Below are positions 1 to 9,702 of a stretch of 64,000 nucleotides of DNA, piece after piece. The notes beneath the pieces are model-generated. The model was not told the origin of the DNA. It saw only the letters and a list, made by a program, of their open reading frames with translations, and made no database searches. The stretch is from positions 35,588 to 99,587 of the forward strand of contig JAHLWZ010000359.1 of the NCBI GenBank assembly GCA_020536535.1, given 5' to 3'. Numbering within the stretch: the first letter of the stretch is position 1; the number at the start of each line of letters is the position of its first letter. A program made the position numbers and the translations under genes. The DNA is from Pelomyxa schiedti (taxonomy: Eukaryota > Protista > Evosea).

Positions 1-362
1 CTTCTTGATCCAGCTGGATAACAGCCACCGCTCCACTCTCTGACCGCTTTTCAGGATCACATTGTAATTTTTTGTGTTTGTGGTTGGCGGGGGCACCCAA
101 CTATAAAGAGCACAGTACCACACAAACAAACTAACAATAAATCACACACAAAAATAGAAAAAATAAACAGACCATCGGCTTGCTCTCCTTCGTAGACAAA
201 AGTAGGCTCCACCACAAAGGCGCGATCGTTGGAGTGCAGGACAATTTGCAAGTCGTGCCACTTGATCCCCGTCTGTGGCCACGCTGTCGTAGCCGACGAG
301 CTCTGTGTCTGTGACGTAGTCGTGATTGCACTGCTGGTCGTCGTGGGTGCGGTCTTGTCCAT
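1..362 (-). CDS. Hypothetical protein, 5' part only (runs off the window start)
   Basis: ATG at 362 (MDKTAPTTTSS...EPTFVYEGEQAD), then a T-rich intron-like stretch, then an open frame VILKSGQRVERWLLSSWIKK at 1-60; no recognisable domain. Confidence 0.45.
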
Positions 363-478
363 GGGAACAAAACCACGATCAACAAACAATTGTGTTTGGC
401 GAAGGGGCGTGTGTGATCGGCTGTGCTTCTGTTGTTTTTGCTTTTTTCCTCTTGTGTGATCTGGAACTTGCAGTTCAG

Positions 479-1467
479 CTAGCTGATCATGGCCAGGATG
501 CGCTGTTTGAGGTCTTCAGGTAATTGGGTGAGGTGTTCGGTGTTGTTGGGGATATTGGGCCAGTTGGTGGCGATTGTGTACATGCAGAGTTCTACGAGGG
601 GGCCAGTGGATGTGACGAGATAGGGAATTGTGCCAACCTTCAGGCCCAGTGTGAGTAGCACCATTGTTCGTTCAACGTTGAGGCCAGTTCTTGTGCACAA
701 TGATACGAAAGGTACGCCGAATTCCTCTGCAAGTGCGGTGCCTTCTTTGTGTTCCACAAATGGAGGCAGTAGTGAAGGTGGGGACGTGGAAGGTGTACTG
801 GGTTTAACAACCCATAGGTTTTCAACGAGGATGAGCTGAGGGTTCCCAGACAGTTTTAGAGTGCGTAAGCAATTCCCTGCCGCCTCAAACGAGGAACGAT
901 CAGCATTGCTGTATATCACAACAGCACCACTGGCATTCTGGAGAGAAATTGGAAGAAACACATTGTTTTGTTTTGAGGTGAAAGAGGGAGGAGGGATCAG
1001 AGGATTTGGGTACAATACATTTGGTGTTTTGTGAAATACCTTGCAGAATGAACCTGTTGTAGAAGCAAAACTTTGAATGGTATAAGATTACAAGTACTCG
1101 AAGTTAAGCGTCTACATACTTCGGGGCAGTACTGCATACGTCGAGCTTGAGTGACAATTAGTGAGAGTTAGTAACATATTCACCAGTCCACACCAAGTTG
1201 ATTTTAATCTTGGACTTGCCAAAGAGCCTTACAGCAGTAAAGAATTGAATGCCCACCGATGGCCTATAGATTTCGCTGACGGGCTTGAAAGTGAACCGTC
1301 GTGCAAAGGTTGTTTTACCCACCTACGCCAGTGGTGTCAAATTGTAACGGTCAGTCATATCGGAGTAGCCATGTTTGCGGAGTTACTTTAGGCCCGCCAA
1401 TGACAAGGATTTTGAAGAAGTGATCGTACTCAGGCGGCTGCTCCAGTTCTTCTTCCTCGTCGTTCAT
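479..1467 (-). CDS. Divergent Rab-like small GTPase with C-terminal BC-box/cullin-box (SOCS/VHL-box-like); spliced
   Basis: Spliced translation YDHFFKILVIGGPK|VGKTTFARRF...YRPSVGIQF...NASGAVVIY...SSF...EGTALAEEFGVPFVSLCTRTGLNVE follows the Rab pattern; C-terminus PLVELCMYTI...LPEDLKQRIL. Confidence 0.75.
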
Positions 1468-1707
1468 TTCAGGAAAGATCTCTCCACACGTCTCAACCAA
1501 CAACCTACCTCTTGCGCAGCACAGTATTATTTTCATTATGGAATACACATGACACAAAGATCCCCTTGGAGCCCGAAGCCGGGGCAAGATGCCAATCAAG
1601 CCATCAAACTGTCACCAGAGAAAAAAATGAAAAAACAGATCTGGTTGTTTTTTCTTAAAAATTAAAACCAGCAGAGGTGTGGTAGGGGCGCAGAAGACGG
1701 ACTCGCA

Positions 1708-2365
1708 ATGGCGATGAAATCTAAGGGCTCGACTCCTATTGACGGCGACTACCACGAGGTTTTCTTGTTGTGCGGTTGATCGGTGTGTTTAATATGTAAC
1801 GCAGGCCGAATACATTTCCATTTACGTTTCTGACCCCGTGACTGTCCAAGATGGCACCGGCACTTTCACTCGCTACAAAGTAGCTACCGAGGTAAATTTT
1901 TTTTTCTTCACCCTTGGTTCATCTGATTACCCCTTCACACTCCACCAAGACAACATTCCCGGAGTACAAGAAGGGACCGAACTTCTTTGTGTACCGCCGG
2001 TACAAGCAGTTTGTTATGCTTAGTGACCACCTCAAAGAACGCTTGGCAGCAAATCCAAGGAACCTAAAATTCGGAGGTTCTTCTACCTTCCTTTTTTTTA
2101 CACATTCAGTACTTAGAATAAACTGTATAATTTATGAAGCATGGATGTAACCTTTAGGGTAATTCCAGATGTACCCGACCTGCCTGGAAACACTGTTGGA
2201 TCGTTGTTCAATATTGGAAATTCCCGTTATGAAGCAGAATTTCTGGAAACCCGTAGAAAGGGCCTGGAGGAATTCATCAACGTAGTGGCAAAGCACAACG
2301 CTTTCCGGTTTGAGCCTGCAGTGCACAATTTCCTCCAGAACGACGATTTTACTCAGCCTCTTTGA
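1708..2365 (+). CDS. PX-domain-only sorting nexin (SNX3/SNX12-like); spliced
   Basis: ISIYVSDPVTV...FTRYKV...VYRRYKQF...VPDLPG...EFLETRRKGLEEFINVVAKH...VHNFLQ matches a PX domain. Confidence 0.85.
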
Positions 2366-2486
2366 GTTGTATAACTGGACCACCAGACTAGACACAAAAA
2401 AAAAAACAACACCTCATTCACCAAAAACCATAACAAAAAAAAAAGGATTTTTTTCCCCCTTTTCTCCATTCTAGGCAGCTATTTCT

Positions 2487-5400
2487 TTACTGTTGAAGTG
2501 TTGCATGGAACCCCACAAGGTGCTCAGTAATTAGAGGTTTAGGATTCGCCAGCTTTATGAGTGAGGCGGGGTACTGGACTACAACAACGACTGGCCTGTC
2601 CACAAGCGAATTGCCTACGGTCTGAAGTGGCAGGTGCAACTCCCCGACAATGTCCATCACAGGCGCACCAAATGTCAGCAGGAAGGTGGCGTGCTCGCTG
2701 GTTATCTCCGACAGCCTCACGCTCACGTTGGCGGTGTTGCACCACACCACCACGATCTCGCTGGCCAGCTCGTTGGCGATGACCCACGGGTGGTACATGG
2801 AATCCGCCGGGGACACCGGTGGGCCGGCGTTCTGGTAGGCGTACGGGGCCAGCGTCGGCGAGACGAGCTGGAACTCCGCCGTCGACGTGTGAGGCGGCAG
2901 GAACACGGCGGCCGGCTGCGACGGTGGCGGCGACTGCGTCGACGGGATCTGCTGCTGGTGCTGGTGCTGGTGCGGGGGTGCGGAGTGGCTGGGATTGTTG
3001 TTGTTGCTGCTATTATGGGATGAGGTGCTGCTGCTGGGGTGGGGGAGGACGTTGATGCTGGTGCCGGATAAGATGGTACCGCGCTTGACGTGCGTGCAGC
3101 GAATTGGGGGATTGAGTGCGCTTTTGACGGAAGTGTGGCCGGGGTGATTGTTGCTGTTGGTGAAGCTGGTGTTGGTGTGGACTGAATGGGTAACTTCAGG
3201 GGCGAATGCACTGCCAGAGAAGCTGCTGCTGCTACTGCTGCCGTTGTTGTTGCTGTTGTTGTTGTTGGTATGAGGCACTGGCGTGATGGAATTTGGAAGT
3301 GCTGGGGAGGGGGCTGGGGTGTGGTGAGGAGTGTGAATGTGGGATGATGAGTGGCGCAGAGACGATACCGACATTGTATCTGGCTCTGATGAGAGGGGGT
3401 GAGAACGGGAGTGCGGGAGTGCGGGAATCGACATATATTAATGAAATGAATAATTTAAATCACCTGCGGTATCTGGGAGAAGATCAGAACAAAATTCACT
3501 TTGGGCCTCAAGTTCGTCTATATAGGTATCATCCTTTTTTTTTTTCTTTAGCATTTTGTGCCTGATTGGAAATGCAGAACTTACTTGAAGAGTATTAAAG
3601 TATCTTGTGTCTCCTTCCCCTCGGAGATGAGGTACGATTGGGGGAGTCTGATTTCGTATCACTTATCAAGTGAAGGAGATACACATATGGGGGAAAAAAA
3701 GACAAAAAAGAATAAGGATACTGCACCATTTGACATCCTTGAAGAAGGCGTGCTGCTTCACTGCACAAGCGCCATGAACAGATCCCAGTCTTTTTGAAGG
3801 CTCCGCTGCCAGTAGCTTCTTGATAATATCTTTGGCATTTCTTGAAAGCTGGAATAACAGTTAGAAGGGCTTAGGGAAAAAGGGAAAGTCTAAACTGGGT
3901 AGAGGGGTTCATGGAATTTAATGCACCCGCTCAGAATTTGAGAAAAAGTGTCCTCTTTACTCTGCCCACGGAAGGGTGTAGTACCACACTGGAGGACTCA
4001 GGTCAGAAATGGCATATCTTGTATGGAAAGGAAACCATCATCTCGTAAAGTAAAATTCCAAATGTCCACCTGTACTAAGACATTTAATTGCGAAAAAAAG
4101 CACTTCTTTGCATACCAATCAACTGAACTTGTGTGTCCATAGCCCACAATAACTTCTGGGGCAATATACTCGTGTAAGAGTAAAGGGCAACAAAACGAGA
4201 AAAAAAGAAATCAAAATGAAAAGGATATCTCAGTGCCCACAAACGAGTTGGAAACAATTCCTGGATCCGTGGCAATAAGTGTTTGAGAGAAAATCTTCTT
4301 CACAAGCTGGGGAAAAAAGGATGGTGAATCATAATATATCAGAAAAGAGTCAGGTACTCACTTTGGGGGTAGGTTGAACAGCGGCCTGCTTGGATAAATC
4401 AAAATCCGTTAACACAACATGGCCACTCCCTTGCAGTAGAATATTTTCTGGCTTCAAATCTATACAACAAGAGACAGCATTTAGGGAGACAAATATAAAA
4501 CCAACACAAAAACCTCGGTAAATGAATCTGTTTTGTGTAAGGAACAAAATTCCTAAATATTAATATAGGATGAGACATACCCTAGCATATGCAGGTATTC
4601 CAGGGCCAGTAACACCTCAGCTGCATAGAATCGTGCTGCGTCCTCTGCAAGGCTTTGAGAGTGTTTCAACAAAAGTCTAGAAGAAACCTGGTAAACATTT
4701 TCCTCTTTGTCTTTGTAGTGCCTGGAAGAATTCACCTCCGGCACAATATTCCATTACAAAATATAAACAGTTTGTTGTCTTAAAGAATGAGGGGAAATAA
4801 GGCAATGAGTATCTGGTGTACTTGGAAAGACCAGAAAAGGGTTATCACAAATGGGTGCTTTGCTGTATGAAGAAGCTCTCGCTCTGTATGAACTCGTTTC
4901 ACCTGAAAGAAATCAGAGAAACGCTGTTATACCACAATCGCACTTTATTTTTGGCTATCATATCAGCCTTGGGGAGAATTTTCATGGCATATAATTGCCC
5001 AGTAGAAATATGCTGAACCAAGTATCTAAAAAGATCGTTAAAAATATATAGAAGTTGTTAGTTTAATGATTAAAGCAAAGAAAAAGAGACATGCACCCTG
5101 CCAACATCCCCCTTTCCCAATAGTTTAATACGCTTAAAGTCCTTGTAAGAAGTTTGATCATTTGTTTCTATGGATTATGAAAGAAGGTCAAAGTTGGGCT
5201 GTCTCACTTGCAAAATCTTGGTGGCTAAGGGATGCAGGAGAAACAGAACGTGAAGGTGGATGGCTGTTGGATCCAGATAAGATTGGTGATTGAGATGGCT
5301 GTGCCACATTCCAAGGTGATAAAGGAGAGAATGATGAGGCTGGAATAGATTGGTAAAGGGTTTTAGCGGAATTCTGGGAAGCAAGTTGCCTAGCGGGATC

Positions 5401-6939
5401 GATAACTGTACTATTACGCAATAGTGGTTGTTGCGGATGGTGTGTGTGGTTTGCTTGCATATGGTGGTGCATTTGATTGTGTTGGTTTTCCCCCGAGTGG
5501 TGCTCCGGGTCACCTGGTAGAGAGTACACTTGATTTTGTAGTGCCTGATGTTGGGCATAAAACTGCGCCATTGTTTCCAAAACATGGCTGTTACTCATTC
5601 CCTTTGGTGATTTGGGTATTGGAATTTGTATATCAGGGGGTGGTGAAGGCGACCCCTTTTTCTGATGCAAAGTTGTGGCTAGCACGCCAACGTCGGCAGC
5701 TGTCAATGACGACTGTTGTCTCTTGAGGTTCTTGGAATGACTATGGCTTCTTCTGGATTCTGCAGAACGTGACCGTGACCTTGATCGAGAAGGGGAGGAT
5801 TTGGATCGGGAACGTGAGCGAGAGCGAGAAGAAGAAGGGGTCCTAGAACGGAAATGGGACTTGGATCGTGAGTGAGACCTAGACCTGGATTTGGACCTAG
5901 AACGAGAGCGAGAACGAGACTTTGAGTGAGAGCGGCGCCTAGACCTGGAATGTGACACCCGCGACCTGGACCGTGACCGCGACCTCGATCTCGATCTAGA
6001 CTTTGACCTGGACCTGGAGCGAGAGCTGGAGCTGGAGGACTTGGACTTTGACTTTGCCTTGATCTTTGGCGAATGGGCGTGCGAGTGGTGGCCGCTGGGG
6101 CCGCCGCTTCCGCCGCCGTGGTTGCGGGTAGTAGCAGCAACTATAATGTCGGCCGGCGACTCGGGGCTCGAGTGCAGCGACGGCCTGGCGGGGGTCGAGG
6201 GCTGTGGGGGGCTGGCCGCGCCGGAGCGGTCCTGCCTGGGCAGAGCGGGCGAGGACGGCGGCAGCGGCGGCGGCGAGGCCGAGACCGCCTGGGCCGGCGG
6301 GGAAGGCGCCGGCGACAGCCCCGCGGCGGCCTCGTTGGAGGGCGGCTCGCTCCGCTGCTGCTGCTGGTGATGGCGGTGGTGGTGCTGGTGCGGCTGCTGC
6401 TGCTGGTCGGGCTGCGGGGGGCTGTGGGAAACGGGGGGGCTGTGGTCGGCGGGGACGGCCGCGGTGGCCGCGTCGTAGCCGTTCTCGGTGGGCTGTTGCT
6501 GCTGGAGGTGGTGGGAGGTCGGCGGTGTCGGCTTCTGCGGCGACGGGATGAAAATGGTGTGCGAGGATGTGGACAGGCTGCCCCCGCTGTTGTTCGACGT
6601 TGTTTTCTTTTGCGGCTTTGGTTCGGCGGCGGCGGCAGCAGTTTCCCCGGCCCTGGCCGAAGACGACGACCCCGAGTGGTGCGACTGATGGTGCGCGTGC
6701 GATTCGCACTCGATTTCTGGGCTCTTCTCCTTGTTGTTGTTGGTGGTGGTGGTTCCGCCGTCGTTGCTTTCGTCCTCCTTGTTCTTGTCCTTGGCTGCGT
6801 GGTGGTGGTGATGGTGGTGCGAAGACGACGCGACGAGGTCGGGCGACGGCGCGTCGGCTACAAGGTGGGGTACGGCTTTGCTGCTCGACCGCAGCGGCGA
6901 CGTAGAGCCGTTGTTGTTGCCGCTTTCTGCGCCTTTCAT
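2487..6939 (-). CDS. AGC-family Ser/Thr kinase of Nrc-2/Kin82(Fpk)/phototropin type with long low-complexity, RS-rich N-terminus and ~290-aa C-terminal extension; multi-exon
   Basis: [58 protein letters not shown] (DFD variant), SNSFVGTE|EYIAPE; the last exon (ORF 2487-3434) joins in frame as PDTA-E-PDTMSV. Confidence 0.9.
3662..3721 (-). other. U12-type GT-AG intron (60 nt) in the AGC kinase
   Basis: Donor GTATCCTTAT; branch-site-like CTCCTTCAC 8 nt from the 3' end; removal gives [16 protein letters not shown]. Confidence 0.8.
4172..4228 (-). other. U12-type AT-AC intron (57 nt) in the AGC kinase
   Basis: Starts ATATCCTTTT, ends CCCTTTACTCTTACAC and contains an in-frame TGA; removal restores the conserved FVGTE|EYIAPE. 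Confidence 0.92.
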
Positions 6940-7225
6940 AGTCGTATGTATCGCGCTGGTGAACGAACGAACGAAAGGAAGCAGGCAGCTCACTCGGCAA
7001 AAATTGTGCTTTGAGCGAAAAACCACCGCCGCCACTACGCCGCGCGAAGTGGAAAACAATTCCGCTTGATTTGATGATTCGAACATCGGAAACCATCTTC
7101 TTTCTGGGTCCTTCCAGAAGATCACTACTCTAGAAGGTACTAGATGGAACACGTTTTAGGTGGGTGGCTTTCGCAACACATGTTGGAGTTGTGAGATAGT
7201 AGCAGTAGCAGAAGGGGTTCTCTTG

Positions 7226-9349
7226 TCACACGTAGGTGCAGTTGTTGTTGGGCACGTTGCTCCAAGGGGTCCATTGATCGTGGAATTGTGCCGGGTCGCA
7301 GGTGGAATCGGTGCGGTGTGTGGTGTATAGGTCCGGCAGGCAGTCAATTTGTTGCTCTTTGAAGGTTCGTAGGAGTGCTGCTGTTGTGCCGGGATACTCG
7401 CGATTGTGTTAGAGAATTGAAAGTGCACTTGTGGGGTTTATGTTTGTTTTTTGTTTGCTGTTGGTGGGTTTTTTTTTTTTTTTTTTGTTCTTACCTCGTT
7501 TGCTAAGTTAGTTGTTTCGTTGGGGTCTTCCTCGATGTTGAACAGCCACAGTCCTTGTGTTGGAAGTGGAGGTACATCAGGCTCGGGTGGTATAAATCCG
7601 GCAGGGGGTAACCTTGGAGTTCCAGCAAATGCCACAGAGCCTTTCACTGAGCTTTCAATTATGAGTTTCCATTTTCCAACCCTGATTGCACCATGTGAAA
7701 GCCCGTCAGATTGTGGTGGCATATTGAAAATAACACTGTCTCTTGGTGGAATAGTTCCTTGCGTGAGAGAATTCCATTGGTCCACACCATCAATTTCAAA
7801 GGATGGAGAGGGCAAATTTGCTGCAGTGAGAAGGGATGGCATCCAATCCACAACGTGGAATAGGTTGTTGTTGATAGAACCAGTTAAGGAAGGAGAAATA
7901 TTAGATCCAGGACCACTTAGGAAGGCAGGAACACGTATTCCTCCTTCCCAGTTAGAGGTCTTATTGCCTCGGAGTGGGTAATTGTTAGCCCCAGCACTGT
8001 TGGCTCCTCCATTGTCTGAGGAAAAAATAAGAATGGTGTTATTCCACATCCCATTCGCTTTCAGGGCATCTGTGACATTTTTAATGGCTTGATCCATGGC
8101 AGTTATCATTCCCGCCATTAAACGCCGGTTCCTGTACACATGAGAGTTGAGTTGCGCACTTTATTGTTAGCAATAACATGTCATCTATTGCATTGTATGG
8201 CTCAGTAAACTCCTTTGGCACTTCCAATGGATCGTGCACAGACTATTGCGTCTTATGTCATTGGAGTTGGAGGATTTTTTTAAAAAAAAAACCTGAAAGC
8301 TCAGGAATAAGAAGAGCCCACCATTTCCATAATTCTTCGAGTGCTCTTGTATAAGTCTAACAGATTCAGCACTCAAAAGGTACGTCGAATACACTCCATC
8401 ACAATTTAGAGCCACGGGAGAAAGTACATTAGGTTTAGACCCGTTTCTGAAATCATAACCTAGAAATTGTAAGGCATGATTGGTCTCAGAATTCTAGGTA
8501 CCAGAAAAGCCGCCATCCTGGGATATGTGAGAATAATAAGTTTCATCACTGGAAAGATAGCCCAGAAATGAATCAAATCCTCTTTTTGTACTTCAAAAAA
8601 CCTGAACCCACTGCAGGAAACAAGATACCTAAATGTTGGGGTATACCGTTCATCACAAAAGCCTAAATGCCACTAGTACTAAAATGAGGGTGGAAGACAC
8701 TGTGAGACATCATCAACATACTTTTCCAACGAGATGAGTCCTGTAGCCACCACTGTGAAGTAATTCTGGAAGGAAAGCATGTTGACTAGGCATAGCATAT
8801 GGAAAACTAGTCTGTGAATCTGAGATGGCTTCTAATCGAGGGGAAGGCAGTAATACCTTAATTACATATGGTCCAAGTCCCGTATGGGAAGGGTACCGCG
8901 AGGTCATTAGTGCTCCCCTTGTTGGTGAACACCTATGGGTCACTGGAATAAGAAATGCGAAAGGGAGGTTTCATTCAAAAAAGTCTCAATTGAATTGGGA
9001 GAGTGCATTGTTTGGGCATAGTGCTGTTCCAATCTTATTCCAGAATAAGCCAGTTCATCCAGTGTAGGGGTAGCTATCACGTTATTAGTAGTGACGCCTT
9101 CCACTTGGTGATATCCCACGTCATTCCATCCAAGGTCTTGAAAAATTCAGAGTTGCAAAATATAGAACACAAGTTGTAAACCCAAAGTACCAAAAAAAAA
9201 AAAACCGAAGCACCACACGCAAAGAGCAACTTCACAAACAAAGACGGGGAAAACAAGGCACCATCGGCTACTACTAGAACCAAGTTGGGCAATTGTGCAC
9301 AATAGCTGCAAACCACAACGAAGACGAGAACCCCGAAACAACGCCACAT
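7226..9349 (-). CDS. Secreted/lysosomal arylsulfatase B-like sulfatase; multi-exon
   Basis: Signal peptide, PNLVLVVAD|DLGWNDVGYH, TPTLDELA, CSPTRGALMTSRY (formylglycine motif), GK|WHLG, FSSDNGG, NYPLRGNK...WEGGIRVP, LFNIEEDPNETTNLA, C-terminal DPAQFHDQWTPW. Confidence 0.9.
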
Positions 9350-9702
9350 TGCGGCAGCGATGAAAGTTTTTCGCGCCAACTTGGCTTCTCTCTCCAATCT
9401 TAATCTCGGATCGATTCCGAGTCTTGTGATTGCAGGATTGGTGGTGTCGAGTCTGTGTATGAGAGTACCGAGGTGGACGCTCAGGTTCTAGGTCTCCCAC
9501 ACCAATTTCGGAATTGCTTTCGGTGAGGATGCCAAAACGATCTTCATAAAAAAAAAAAAAGAACCTCGACGGTAGTGACCGGTCCCGTCTTCCGCGACAC
9601 CGACTCGACTTGGGGAAAAGCAGGTACTAACAATGGCGAGATCTGATCTACGCTCGCTACGACGTCGTGCCAATGTAACGCACACAGACAGATCATCGTT
9701 GG

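Noticed and set aside
5703-7096. Multiple long overlapping ORFs on both strands (also at 2539-3211, 34780-35251, 37124-37709 and 58232-58729)
   Set aside because: Shadow frames of GC-rich low-complexity exons
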